A model generated the notes under the pieces. That model made no database searches and was not told the origin of the DNA. It saw nothing but the letters and a program-made list of their open reading frames with translations. Positions 37,653-53,400 of a DNA stretch of 64,000 nt are shown one piece after another. The translations under genes and the position numbers were made by a program. Where the stretch lies: NCBI GenBank assembly GCA_964247055.1, contig OZ176053.1, forward strand, positions 13,826,001 through 13,890,000. The letters are read 5' to 3'. The DNA is from Paragordius varius. Taxonomy: Eukaryota > Animalia > Nematomorpha. Numbering within the stretch: the first letter of the stretch is position 1; each line of letters opens with the position of its first letter.

Positions 37653-40600
37653 TAGGTAGATATTTTTATTTTTAAAATCGTATAAAATAAATTTTTTAAA
37701 TATTTAAAAAATTCATAAAATTTACATTTATAGTCCGATCCCCAAAATATTTGGGGTGATGATGGAACTACCATAGGGCTACCCAAAAAAAATTATGGCG
37801 ACATCACCTGATCAAATTTGGATTTTAGGTAGCCATTTTTATTTTTAAAATCGTATAAAATAAATTTTTTAAATATTTAAAAAATTCATAAAAATTACAT
37901 TTATACTCCGATCTCGAGAATATTTGGGGTGATGATGGAACTACCATAGGGCTACCCAAAAAAATTTATGGTGACATCACCTGATCAAATTTGGATTTTA
38001 GGTAGCCATTTTTATTTTTAAAATCGTATAAAATAAATTTTTTAAATATTTAAAAAATTCATAAAAATTACATTTATAGTCCGATCCCCAAAATATTTGG
38101 GGTGATGATGGAACTACCATAGGGCTACCCATAAAAAATTATGGCGACATCACCTGATCAAATTTGGATTTTAGGTAGCCATTTTTATTTTTAAAATCGT
38201 ATAAAATAAATTTTTTAAATATTTAAAAAATTCATAAAAATTACATTTATACTCCGATCTCGAGAAAATTTGGGGTGATGATGGAACTACCATAGGGCTA
38301 CCCAAAAAATTTTATGGTGACATCACCTGATCAAATTTGGATTTTAGGTAGCCATTTTTATTTTTAAAATCGTATAAAATAAATTTTTTAAATATTTAAA
38401 AAATTCATAAAAATTACATTTATAGTCCGATCCCCATAATATTTGGGGTGATGATGGAACTACCATAGGGCTACCCAAAAAAAATTATGGCGACATCACC
38501 TGATCAAATTTTGATTTTAGGTAGCCATTTTTTATTTTTAAAATCGTATAAAATAAATTTTTTAAATATTTAAAAAATTCATAAAAATTACATTTATACT
38601 CCGATCTCGAAAATATTTGGGGTGATGATCGAACTACTATAGGGCTACCCAAAAAAAATTATGGTGACATCACCTGATCAAATTTGGATTTTAGGTAGCC
38701 ATTTTTATTTTTAAAATCGTATAAAATAAATTTTTTAAATATTTAAAAAATTCATAAAAATTACATTTATACTCCGATCTCGAAAATATTTGGGGTGATG
38801 ATGGAACTACTATAGGGCTACCCAAAAAAAATTTTCGCGACATCACCTGATCAAATTTGGATTTTAGGTAGCCATTTTTATTTTTAATATCGTATAAAAT
38901 AAATTTTTTAAATATTTAAAAAATTCATAAAAATTACATTTATACTCCGATCTCGAAAATATTTGGGGTGATGATGGAACTACTATAGGGCTACCCAAAA
39001 AAAATTTTGGCGACATCACCTGATCAAATTTGGATTTTAGGTAGCCATTTTTATTTTTAAAATCGTATAAAATAAATTTTTTAAATATTTAAAAAATTCA
39101 TAAAAATTACATTTATAGTCCGATCCCCAAAATATTTGGGGTGATGATGGAACTACTATAGGGCTACCCAAAAAAAATTTTGGCGACATCACATGATCAA
39201 ATTTGGATTTTAGGTAGCCATTTTTATTTTTAAAATCGTATAAAATAAATTTTTTAAATATTTAAAAAAATCATAAAAATTACATTTATAGTCCGATCCC
39301 CAAAATATTTGGGGTGATGATGGAACTACCATAGGGCTACCCAAAAAAAATTATGGCAACATCACCTGATCAAATTTGGATTTTAGGTAGCCATTTTTAT
39401 TTTTAAAATCGTATAAAATAAATTTTTTAAATATTTAAAAAATTCATAAAAATTACATTTATAGTCCGATCCCCAAAATATTTGGGGTGATGATGGAACT
39501 ACCATAGGGCTACCCAAAAAAAATTATGGCAACATCACCTGATCAAATTTGGATTTTAGGTAGCCATTTTTATTTTTAAAATCGTATAAAATAAATTTTT
39601 TAAATATTTAAAAAATTCATAAAAATTACATTTATACTCCGATCTCGAAAATATTTGGGGTGATGATGGAACTACTATAGGGCTACCCAAAAAAAATTTT
39701 CGCGACATCACCTGATCAAATTTGGATTTTAGGTAGCCATTTTTATTTTTAATATCGTATAAAATAAATTTTTTAAATATTTAAAAAATTCATAAAAATT
39801 ACATTTATACTCCGATCTCGAAAATATTTGGGGTGATGATGGAACTACTATAGGGCTACCCAAAAAAAATTTTGGCGACATCACCTGATCAAATTTGGAT
39901 TTTAGGTAGATATTTTTATTTTTAAAATCGTATAAAATAAATTTTTTAAATATTTAAAAAATTCATAAAATTTACATTTATAGTCCGATCCCCAAAATAT
40001 TTGGGGTGATGATGGAACTACCATAGGGCTACCCAAAAAAAATTATGGCGACATCACCTGATCAAATTTGGATTTTAGGTAGCCATTTTTATTTTTAAAA
40101 TCGTATAAAATAAATTTTTTAAATATTTAAAAAATTCATAAAAATTACATTTATACTCCGATCTCGAGAATATTTGGGGTGATGATGGAACTACCATAGG
40201 GCTACCCAAAAAAATTTATGGTGACATCACCTGATCAAATTTGGATTTTAGGTAGCCATTTTTATTTTTAAAATCGTATAAAATAAATTTTTTAAATATT
40301 TAAAAAATTCATAAAAATTACATTTATAGTCCGATCCCCAAAATATTTGGGGTGATGATGGAACTACCATAGGGCTACCCATAAAAAATTATGGCGACAT
40401 CACCTGATCAAATTTGGATTTTAGGTAGCCATTTTTATTTTTAAAATCGTATAAAATAAATTTTTTAAATATTTAAAAAATTCATAAAAATTACATTTAT
40501 ACTCCGATCTCGAGAAAATTTGGGGTGATGATGGAACTACCATAGGGCTACCCAAAAAAATTTATGGTGACATCACCTGATCAAATTTGGATTTTAGGTA

Positions 40601-42152
40601 GCCATTTTTATTTTTAAAATCGTATAAAATAAATTTTTTAAATATTTAAAAAATTCATAAAAATTACATTTATAGTCCGATCCCCATAATATTTGGGGTG
40701 ATGATGGAACTACCATAGGGCTACCCAAAAAAAATTATGGCGACATCACCTGATCAAATTTTGATTTTAGGTAGCCATTTTTTATTTTTAAAATCGTATA
40801 AAATAAATTTTTTAAATATTTAAAAAATTCATAAAAATTACATTTATACTCCGATCTCGAAAATATTTGGGGTGATGATCGAACTACTATAGGGCTACCC
40901 AAAAAAAATTATGGTGACATCACCTGATCAAATTTGGATTTTAGGTAGCCATTTTTATTTTTAAAATCGTATAAAATAAATTTTTTAAATATTTAAAAAA
41001 TTCATAAAAATTACATTTATACTCCGATCTCGAAAATATTTGGGGTGATGATGGAACTACTATAGGGCTACCCAAAAAAAATTTTCGCGACATCACCTGA
41101 TCAAATTTGGATTTTAGGTAGCCATTTTTATTTTTAATATCGTATAAAATAAATTTTTTAAATATTTAAAAAATTCATAAAAATTACATTTATACTCCGA
41201 TCTCGAAAATATTTGGGGTGATGATGGAACTACTATAGGGCTACCCAAAAAAAATTTTGGCGACATCACCTGATCAAATTTGGATTTTAGGTAGCCATTT
41301 TTATTTTTAAAATCGTATAAAATAAATTTTTTAAATATTTAAAAAATTCATAAAAATTACATTTATAGTCCGATCCCCAAAATATTTGGGGTGATGATGG
41401 AACTACTATAGGGCTACCCAAAAAAAATTTTGGCGACATCACATGATCAAATTTGGATTTTAGGTAGCCATTTTTATTTTTAAAATCGTATAAAATAAAT
41501 TTTTTAAATATTTAAAAAAATCATAAAAATTACATTTATAGTCCGATCCCCAAAATATTTGGGGTGATGATGGAACTACCATAGGGCTACCCAAAAAAAA
41601 TTATGGCAACATCACCTGATCAAATTTGGATTTTAGGTAGCCATTTTTATTTTTAAAATCGTATAAAATAAATTTTTTAAATATTTAAAAAATTCATAAA
41701 AATTACATTTATAGTCCGATCCCCAAAATATTTGGGGTGATGATGGAACTACCATAGGGCTACCCAAAAAAAATTATGGCAACATCACCTGATCAAATTT
41801 GGATTTTAGGTAGCCATTTTTATTTTTAAAATCGTATAAAATAAATTTTTTAAATATTTAAAAAATTCATAAAAATTACATTTATACTCCGATCTCGAAA
41901 ATATTTGGGGTGATGATGGAACTACTATAGGGCTACCCAAAAAAAATTTTCGCGACATCACCTGATCAAATTTGGATTTTAGGTAGCCATTTTTATTTTT
42001 AATATCGTATAAAATAAATTTTTTAAATATTTAAAAAATTCATAAAAATTACATTTATACTCCGATCTCGAAAATATTTGGGGTGATGATGGAACTACTA
42101 TAGGGCTACCCAAAAAAAATTTTGGCGACATCACCTGATCAAATTTGGATTT
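37653..42152. repeat. 13-mer duplication (2250 bp) containing a nested 865-bp 5-mer
   Basis: TAGGTAGATA at 37653/39903, CCCATAAAAAATT at 38131/40381, TCCCCATAAT at 38431/40681, GATGATCGAAC near 38630/40880; TTTTCGCG at 38836, 39701, 41086 and 41951. Confidence 0.92.
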
Positions 42153-45100
42153 TAGGTAGCCATTTTTATTTTTAAAATCGTATAAAATAAATTTTTTAAA
42201 TATTTAAAAAATTCATAAAAATTACATTTATAGTCCGATCCCCAAAATATTTGGGGTGATGATGGAACTACTATAGGGCTACCCAAAAAAAATTTTGGCG
42301 ACATCACATGATCAAATTTGGATTTTAGGTAGCCATTTTTATTTTTAAAATCGTATAAAATAAATTTTTTAAATATTTAAAAAAATCATAAAAATTACAT
42401 TTATAGTCCGATCCCCAAAATATTTGGGGTGATGATGGAACTACCATAGGGCTACCCAAAAAAAATTATGGCAACATCACCTGATCAAATTTGGATTTTA
42501 GGTAGCCATTTTTATTTTTAAAATCGTATAAAATAAATTTTTTAAATATTTAAAAAATTCATAAAAATTACATTTATAGTCCGATCCCCAAAATATTTGG
42601 GGTGATGATGGAACTACCATAGGGCTACGCAAAAAAAATTATGGTGACATCACCTGATCAAATTTGGATTTTAGGTAGCCATTTTTATTTTTAAAATCGT
42701 ATAAAATAAATTTTTTAAATATTTAAAAAATTCATAAAAATTACATTTATAGTCCGATCCCCAAAATATTTGGGGTGATGATGGAACTACCATAGGGCTA
42801 CCCAAAAAAAATTATGGCGACATCACCTGATCAAATTTGGATTTTAGGTAGCCATTTTTATTTTTAAAATCGTATAAAATAAATTTTTTAAATATTTAAA
42901 AAATTCATAAAAATTACATTTATAGTCCGATCCCCAAAATATTTGGGGTGATGATGGAACTACCATAGGGCTACCCAAAAAAAATTATGGCGACATCACC
43001 TGATCAAATTTTGATTTTAGGTAGCCATTTTTTATTTTTAAAATCGTATAAAATAAATTTTTTAAATATATAAAAAATTCATAAAAATTACATTTATACT
43101 CCGATCTCGAAAATATTTGGGGTGATGATGGAACTACCATAGGGCTACCCAAAAAAATTATAGTGACATCACCTGATCAAATTTGGATTTTAGGTAGCCA
43201 TTTTTATTTTTAAAATCGTATAAAATAAATTTTTTAAATATTTAAAAAATTCATAAAAATTACATTTATACTCCGATCTCGAAAATATTTGGGGTGATGA
43301 TGGAAATACTATAGGGCTACCCAAAAAAAATTTTGGCGACATCACCTGATCAAATTTGGATTTTAGGTAGCCATTTTTATTTTTAAAATCGTATAAAATA
43401 AATTTTTTAAATATTTAAAAAATTCATAAAAATTACATTTATAGTCCGATCCCCAAAATATTTGGGGTGATGATGGAACTACTATAGGGCTACCCAAAAA
43501 AAATTTTGGCGACATCACATGATCAAATTTGGATTTTAGGTAGCCATTTTTATTTTTAAAATCGTATAAAATAAATTTTTTAAATATTTAAAAAAATCAT
43601 AAAAATTACATTTATAGTCCGATCCCCAAAATATTTGGGGTGATGATGGAACTACCATAGGGCTACCCAAAAAAAATTATGGCAACATCACCTGATCAAA
43701 TTTGGATTTTAGGTAGCCATTTTTATTTTTAAAATCGTATAAAATAAATTTTTTAAATATTTAAAAAATTCATAAAAATTACATTTATAGTCCGATCCCC
43801 AAAATATTTGGGGTGATGATGGAACTACCATAGGGCTACGCAAAAAAAATTATGGTGACATCACCTGATCAAATTTGGATTTTAGGTAGCCATTTTTATT
43901 TTTAAAATCGTATAAAATAAATTTTTTAAATATTTAAAAAATTCATAAAAATTACATTTATAGTCCGATCCCCAAAATATTTGGGGTGATGATGGAACTA
44001 CCATAGGGCTACCCAAAAAAAATTATGGCGACATCACCTGATCAAATTTGGATTTTAGGTAGCCATTTTTATTTTTAAAATCGTATAAAATAAATTTTTT
44101 AAATATTTAAAAAATTCATAAAAATTACATTTATAGTCCGATCCCCAAAATATTTGGGGTGATGATGGAACTACTATAGGGCTACCGAAAAAAAATTTTG
44201 GCGACATCACCTGATCAAATTTGGATTTTAGGTAGCCATTTTTATTTTTAAAATCGTATAAAATAAATTTTTTAAATATTTAAAAAAAACATAAAAATTA
44301 CATTTATAGTCCGATCCCCAAAATATTTGGGGTGATGATGGAACTACCATAGGGCTACCCAAAAAAAATTATGGCAACATCACCTGATCAAATTTGGATT
44401 TTAGGTAGCCATTTTTATTTTTAAAATCGTATAAAATAAATTTTTTAAATATTTAAAAAATTCATAAAAATTACATTTATACTCCGATCTCGAAAATATT
44501 TGGGGTGATGATGGAACTACTATAGGGCTACCCAAAAAAAATTTTCGCGACATCACCTGATCAAATTTGGATTTTAGGTAGCCATTTTTATTTTTAATAT
44601 CGTATAAAATAAATTTTTTAAATATTTAAAAAATTCATAAAAATTACATTTATACTCCGATCTCGAAAATATTTGGGGTGATGATGGAACTACTATAGGG
44701 CTACCCAAAAAAAATTTTGGCGACATCACCTGATCAAATTTGGATTTTAGGTAGCCATTTTTATTTTTAAAATCGTATAAAATAAATTTTTTAAATATTT
44801 AAAAAATTCATAAAAATTACATTTATAGTCCGATCCCCAAAATATTTGGGGTGATGATGGAACTACTATAGGGCTACCCAAAAAAAATTTTGGCGACATC
44901 ACATGATCAAATTTGGATTTTAGGTAGCCATTTTTATTTTTAAAATCGTATAAAATAAATTTTTTAAATATTTAAAAAAATCATAAAAATTACATTTATA
45001 GTCCGATCCCCAAAATATTTGGGGTGATGATGGAACTACCATAGGGCTACCCAAAAAAAATTATGGCAACATCACCTGATCAAATTTGGATTTTAGGTAG

Positions 45101-46499
45101 CCATTTTTATTTTTAAAATCGTATAAAATAAATTTTTTAAATATTTTAAAAATTCATAAAAATTACATTTATAGTCCGATCCCCAAAATATTTGGGGTGA
45201 TGATGGAACTACCATAGGGCTACGCAAAAAAAATTATGGTGACATCACCTGATCAAATTTGGATTTTAGGTAGCCATTTTTATTTTTAAAATCGTATAAA
45301 ATAAATTTTTTAAATATTTAAAAAATTCATAAAAATTACATTTATAGTCCGATCCCCAAAATATTTGGGGTGATGATGGAACTACCATAGGGCTACCCAA
45401 AAAAAATTATGGCGACATCACCTGATCAAATTTGGATTTTAGGTAGCCATTTTTATTTTTAAAATCGTATAAAATAAATTTTTTAAATATTTAAAAAATT
45501 CATAAAAATTACATTTATAGTCCGATCCCCAAAATATTTGGGGTGATGATGGAACTACCATAGGGCTACCCAAAAAAAATTATGGCGACATCACCTGATC
45601 AAATTTTGATTTTAGGTAGCCATTTTTTATTTTTAAAATCGTATAAAATAAATTTTTTAAATATTTAAAAAATTCATAAAAATTACATTTATACTCCGAT
45701 CTCGAAAATATTTGGGGTGATGATGGAACTACCATAGGGCTACCCAAAAAAATTATAGTGACATCACCTGATCAAATTTGGATTTTAGGTAGATATTTTT
45801 ATTTTTAAAATCGTATAAAATAAATTTTTTAAATATTTAAAAAATTCATAAAAATTACATTTATACTCCGATCCCCAAAATATTTGGGGTGATGATGGAA
45901 CTACCATAGGGCTACCCAAAAAAATTATGGTGACATCACCTGATCAAATTTGGATTTTAGGTAGCCATTTTTATTTTTAAAATCGTATAAAATAAATTTT
46001 TTAAATATTTAAAAAATTCATAAAAATTACATTTATAGTCCGATCCCCAAAATATTTGGGGTGATGATGGAACTACCATAGGGCTACCCAAAAAAAATTA
46101 TGGCGACATCACCTGATCAAATTTTGATTTTAGGTAGCCATTTTTTATTTTTAAAATCGTATAAAATAAATTTTTTAAATATTTAAAAAATTCATAAAAA
46201 TTACATTTATACTCCGATCTCGAAAATATTTGGGGTGATGATGGAACTACTATAGGGCTACCCAAAAAAAATTTTGGCGACATCACCTGATCAAATTTGG
46301 ATTTTAGGTAGCCATTTTTATTTTTAAAATCGTATAAAATAAATTTTTTAAATATTTAAAAAATTCATAAAAATTACATTTATACTCCGATCTCGAAAAT
46401 ATTTGGGGTGATGATGGAACTACCATAGGGCTACCCAAAAAAATTATGGTGACATCACCTGATCAAATTTGGATTTTAGGTAGCCATTTTTATTTTTAA

Positions 46500-47400
46500 A
46501 ATCGTATAAAATAAATTTTTTAAATATTTAAAAAATTCATAAAAATTACATTTATACTCCGATCTCGAAAATATTTGGGGTGATGATGGAACTACCATAG
46601 GGCTATCTAAAAAAATTTTTGGCGACATCACCTGATCAAATTTGGATTTTAGGTAGCCATTTTTATTTTTAAAATCGTATAAAATAAATTTTTTAAATAT
46701 TTAAAAAATTCATAAAAATTACATTTATACTCCGATCTCGAGAATATTTAGGGTGATGATGGAACTACCATAGGGCTACCCAAAAAAATTTATGGTGACA
46801 TCACCTGATCAAATTTGGATTTTAGGTAGCCATTTTTATTTTTAAAATCGTATAAAATAAATTTTTTAAATATTTAAAAAATTCATAAAAATTACATTTA
46901 TACTCCGATCTCGAAAATATTTGGGGTGATGATGGAACTACCATAGGGCTACCCAAAAAAATTATGGTGACATCACCTGATCAAATTTTGATTTTAGGTA
47001 GCCATTTTTATTTTTAAAATCGTATAAAATAAATTTTTTAAATATTTAAAAAATTCATAAAAATTACATTTATACTCCGATCTCGAAAATATTTGGGGTG
47101 ATGATGGAACTACCATAGGGCTATCTAAAAAAATTTTTGGCGACATCACCTGATCAAATTTGGATTTTAGGTAGCCATTTTTATTTTTAAAATCGTATAA
47201 AATAAATTTTTTAAATATTTAAAAAATTCATAAAAATTACATTTATACTCCGATCTCGAGAATATTTAGGGTGATGATGGAACTACCATAGGGCTACCCA
47301 AAAAAATTTATGGTGACATCACCTGATCAAATTTGGATTTTAGGTAGCCATTTTTATTTTTAAAATCGTATAAAATAAATTTTTTAAATATTTAAAAAAT
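46500..47400. repeat. 3-mer-spaced duplication (518 bp)
   Basis: GGCTATCTAA at 46601/47119; ATATTTAGGGTG (A at 46750/47268). Confidence 0.85.
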
Positions 47401-50400
47401 TCATAAAAATTACATTTATAGTCCGATCCCCAAAATATTTGGGGTGATGATGGAACTACCATAGGGCTACCCAAAAAAAATTATGGCGACATCACCTGAT
47501 CAAATTTTGATTTTAGGTAGCCATTTTTTATTTTTAAAATCGTATAAAATAAATTTTTTAAATATTTAAAAAATTCATAAAAATTACATTTATACTCCGA
47601 TCTCGAAAATATTTGGGGTGATGATGGAACTACTATAGGGCTACCGAAAAAAAATTTTGGCGACATCACCTGATCAAATTTGGATTTTAGGTAGCCATTT
47701 TTATTTTTAAAATCGTATAAAATAAATTTTTTAAATATTTAAAAAATTCATAAAAATTACATTTATACTCCGATCTCGAAAATATTTGGGGTGATGATGG
47801 AACTACCATAGGGCTACCCAAAAAAATTATGGTGACATCACCTGATCAAATTTGGATTTTAGGTAGCCATTTTTATTTTTAAAATCGTATAAAATAAATT
47901 TTTTAAATATTTAAAAAATTCATAAAAATTACATTTATAGTCCGATCCCCAAAATATTTGGGGTGATGATGGAACTACTATAGGGCTACCCAAAAAAAAT
48001 TTTGGCGACATCACCTGATCAAATTTGGATTTTAGGTAGCCATTTTTATTTTTAAAATCGTATAAAATAAATTTTTTAAATATTTAAAAAATTTATAAAA
48101 ATTACATTTATAGTCCGATCCCCAAAATATTTGGGGTGATGATGGAACTACCATAGGGCTACCCAAAAAAAATTATGGTGACATCACCTGATCAAATTTG
48201 GATTTTAGGTAGCCATTTTTATTTTTAAAATCGTATAAAATAAATTTTTTAAATATTTAAAAAATTCATAAAAATTACATTTATACTCCGATCTCGAAAA
48301 TATTTGGGGTGATGATGGAACTACCATAGGGCTACCCAAAAAAATTATAGTGACATCACCTGATCAAATTTGGATTTTAGGTAGCCATTTTTATTTTTAA
48401 AATCGTATAAAATAAATTTTTTAAATATTTAAAAAATTCATAAAAATTACATTTATTGTCCGATCCTCCAAAATATTTGGGGTGATGATGGAACTACCAT
48501 AGGGCTAGCCAAAAAAAATTATGGTGACATCACCTGATCAAATTTCGATTTTAGGTAGCCATTTTTATTTTTAAAATCGTATAAAATAAATTTTTTAAAT
48601 ATTTAAAAATTCATAAAAATTACATTTATACTCCGATCTCGACAATATTTGGGGTGATGATGGAACTACCATAGGGCTACTCAAAAAAATTTATGGTGAC
48701 ATCACCGGATCAAATTTGGATTTTAGGTAGCCATTTTTATTTTTAAAATCGTATAAAATAAATTTTTTAAATATTTAAAAAATTCATAAAAATTACATTT
48801 ATAGTCCGATCCCCAAAATATTTGGGGTGATGATGGAACTACCATAGGGCTACCCAAAAAAAATTATGGCGACATCACCTGATCAAATTTTGATTTTAGG
48901 TAGCCATTTTTTATTTTTAAAATCGTATAAAATAAATTTTTTAAATATTTAAAAAATTCATAAAAATTACATTTATAATCCGATCCCCTAAATATTTGGG
49001 GTGATGATGGAACTACCATAGGGCTAGCCAAAAAAAATTATGGTGACATCACCTGATCAAATTTCGATTTTAGGTAGCCATTTTTATTTTTAAAATCGTA
49101 TAAAATAAATTTTTTAAATATTTAAAAATTCATAAAAATTACATTTATACTCCGATCTCGACAATATTTGGGGTGTTGATGGAACTACCATAGGGCTACT
49201 CAAAAAAATTTATGGTGACATCACCTGATCAAATTTGGATTTTAGGTAGCCATTTTTATTTTTAAAATCGTATAAAATAAATTTTTTAAATATTTAAAAA
49301 ATTCATAAAAATTACATTTATAGTCCGATCCCCAAAATATTTGGGGTGATGATGGAACTACCATAGGGCTACCCAAAAAAAATTATGGCGACATCACCTG
49401 ATCAAATTTTGATTTTAGGTAGCCATTTTTTATTTTTAAAATCGTATAAAATAAATTTTTTAAATATTTAAAAAATTCATAAAAATTACATTTATACTCC
49501 GATCTCGAAAATATTTGGGGTGATGATGGAACTACTATAGGGCTACCGAAAAAAAATTTTGGCGACATCACCTGATCAAATTTGGATTTTAGGTAGCCAT
49601 TTTTATTTTTAAAATCGTATAAAATAAATTTTTTAAATATTTAAAAAATTCATAAAAATTACATTTATACTCCGATCTCGAAAATATTTGGGGTGATGAT
49701 GGAACTACCATAGGGCTACCCAAAAAAATTATGGTGACATCACCTGATCAAATTTGGATTTTAGGTAGCCATTTTTATTTTTAAAATCGTATAAAATAAA
49801 TTTTATAAATATTTAAAAAATTCATAAAAATTACATTTATAGTCCGATCCCCAAAATATTTGGGGTGATGATGGAACTACTATAGGGCTACCCAAAAAAA
49901 ATTTTGGCGACATCACCTGATCAAATTTGGATTTTAGGTAGCCATTTTTATTTTTAAAATCGTATAAAATAAATTTTTTAAATATTTAAAAAATTTATAA
50001 AAATTACATTTATAGTCCGATCCCCAAAATATTTGGGGTGATGATGGAACTACCATAGGGCTACCCAAAAAAAATTATGGTGACATCACCTGATCAAATT
50101 TGGATTTTAGGTAGCCATTTTTATTTTTAAAATCGTATAAAATAAATTTTTTAAATATTTAAAAAATTCATAAAAATTACATTTATACTCCGATCTCGAA
50201 AATATTTGGGGTGATGATGGAACTACCATAGGGCTACCCAAAAAAATTATAGTGACATCACCTGATCAAATTTGGATTTTAGGTAGATATTTTTATTTTT
50301 AAAATCGTATAAAATAAATTTTTTAAATATTTAAAAAATTCATAAAATATACATTTATAGTCCGATCCCCAAAATATTTGGGGTGATGATGGAACTACCA

Positions 50401-53400
50401 TAGGGCTACCCAAAAAAATTATGGTGACATCACCTGATCAAATTTGGATTTTAGGTAGCCATTTTTATTTTTAAAATCGTATAAAATAAATTTTTTAAAT
50501 ATTTAAAAAATTCATAAAAATTACATTTATACTCCGATCTCGAAAATATTTGGGGTGATGATGGAACTACCATAGGGCTACCCAAAAAAATTTATGGTGA
50601 CATCACCTGATCAAATTTGGATTTTAGGTAGCCATTTTTATTTTTAAAATCGTATAAAATAAATTTTTTAAATATTTAAAAAATTCATAAAAATTACATT
50701 TATAGTCCGATCCCCAAAATATTTGGGGTGATGATGGAACTACCATAGGGCTACCCAAAAAAAATTATGGCGACATCACCTGATCAAATTTTGATTTTAG
50801 GTAGCCATTTTTTATTTTTAAAATCGTATAAAATAAATTTTTTAAATATTTAAAAAATTCATAAAAATTACATTTATACTCCGATCTCGAAAATATTTGG
50901 GGTGATGATGGAACTACTATAGGGCTACCCAAAAAAAATTTTGGCGACATCACCTGATCAAATTTGGATTTTAGGTAGCCATTTTTATTTTTAAAATCGT
51001 ATAAAATAAATTTTTTAAATATTTAAAAAATTCATAAAAATTACATTTATACTCCGATCTCGAAAATATTTGGGGTGATGATGGAACTACCATAGGGCTA
51101 CCCAAAAAATTTATGGTGACATCACCTGATCAAATTTGGATTTTAGGTAGCCATTTTTATTTTTAAAATCGTATAAAATAAATTTTTTAAATATTTAAAA
51201 ATTTCATAAAAATTACATTTATACTCCGATCTCGAAAATATTTGGGGTGATGATGGAACTACTATAGGGCTACCCAAAAAAAATTATGGTGACATCACCT
51301 GATCAAATTTGGATTTTAGGTAGCCATTTTTATTTTTAAAATCGTATAAAATAAATTTTTTAAATATTTAAAAAATTCATAAAAATTACATTTATAATCC
51401 GATCCCCAAAATATTTGGGGTGATGATGGAACTACCATAGGGCTAGCCAAAAAAAATTATGGTGACATCACCTGATCAAATTTCGATTTTAGGTAGCCAT
51501 TTTTATTTTTAAAATCGTATAAAATAAATTTTTTAAATATTTAAAAATTCATAAAAATTACATTTATACTCCGATCTCGACAATATTTGGGGTGATGATG
51601 GAACTACCATAGGGCTACTCAAAAAAAATTATGGTGACATCACCTGATCAAATTTGGATTTTAGGTAGCCATTTTTATTTTTAAAATCGTATAAAATAAA
51701 TTTTTTAAATATTTAAAAAATTCATAAAAATTACATTTATAGTCCAATCCCCAAAATATTTGGGGTGATGATGGAACTACCATAGGGCTACCCAAAAAAA
51801 ATTATGGCGATATCACCTGATCAAATTTGGATTTTAGGTAGCCATTTTTATTTTTAAAATCGTATAAAATAAATTTTTTAAATATTTAAAAAATTCATAA
51901 AAATTACATTTATACTCTGATCTCGAAAATATTTGGGGTGATGATGGAACTACCATAGGGCTACCCAAAAAAATTATGGCGACATCACCTGATCAAATTT
52001 GGATTTTAGGTAGCCATTTTTATTTTTAAAATCGTATAAAATAAATTTTTTAAATATTTAAAAAATTCATAAAAATTACATTTATTGTCCGATCCTCCAA
52101 AATATTTGGGGTGATGATGGAACTACTATAGGGCTACCCAATAAAAATTATGGCGACATCACCTGATCAAATTTGGATTTTAGGTAGCCATTTTTATTTT
52201 TAAAATCGTATAAAATAAATTTTTTAAATATTTAAAAAATTCATAAAAATTACATTTATAATCCGATCCCCTAAATATTTGGGGTGATGATGGAACTACC
52301 ATAGGGCTAGCCAAAAAAAATTATGGTGACATCACCTGATCAAATTTCGATTTTAGGTAGCCATTTTTATTTTTAAAATCGTATAAAATAAATTTTTTAA
52401 ATATTTAAAAATTCATAAAAATTACATTTATACTCCGATCTCGACAATATTTGGGGTGATGATGGAACTACCATAGGGCTACTTAAAAAAAATTATGGTG
52501 ACATCACCTGATCAAATTTGGATTTTAGGTAGCCATTTTTATTTTTAAAATCGTATAAAATAAATTTTTTAAATATTTAAAAAATTCATAAAAATTACAT
52601 TTATAGTCCAATCCCCAAAATATTTGGGGTGATGATGGAACTACCATAGGGCTACCCAAAAAAAATTATGGCGATATCACCTGATCAAATTTGGATTTTA
52701 GGTAGCCATTTTTATTTTTAAAATCGTATAAAATAAATTTTTTAAATATTTAAAAAATTCATAAAAATTACATTTATACTCTGATCTCGAAAATATTTGG
52801 GGTGATGATGGAACTACCATAGGGCTACCCAAAAAAATTATGGCGACATCACCTGATCAAATTTGGATTTTAGGTAGCCATTTTTATTTTTAAAATCGTA
52901 TAAAATAAATTTTTTAAATATTTAAAAAATTCATAAAAATTACATTTATAGTCCGATCCCCAAAATATTTGGGGTGATTATGGAACTACCATAGGGCTAC
53001 CCAAAAAAAATTATGGTGACATCACCTGATCAAATTTGGATTTTAGGTAGCCATTTTTATTTTTAAAATCGTATAAAATAAATTTTTTAAATATTTAAAA
53101 AATTCATAAAAATTACATTTATACTCCGATCTCGAAAATATTTGGGGTGATGATGGAACTACTATAGGGCTACCCAAAAAAAATTTTGGCGACATCACCT
53201 GATCAAATTTGGATTTTAGGTAGCCATTTTTATTTTTAAAATCGTATAAAATAAATTTTTTAAATATTTAAAAAATTCATAAAAATTACATTTATACTCC
53301 GATCTCGAAAATATTTGGGGTGATGATGGAACTACCATAGGGCTACCCAAAAAAATTATGGTGACATCACCTGATCAAATTTGGATTTCAGGTAGCCATT

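Noticed and set aside
28123-50953. Five near-identical 62-aa minus-strand ORFs (MMSPKFF...) at 28123, 46098, 47481, 49383 and 50765
   Set aside because: They are read-throughs of about one satellite B monomer wherever point variants or a 1-bp insertion remove stop codons. They show no coding features and track the higher-order repeats.
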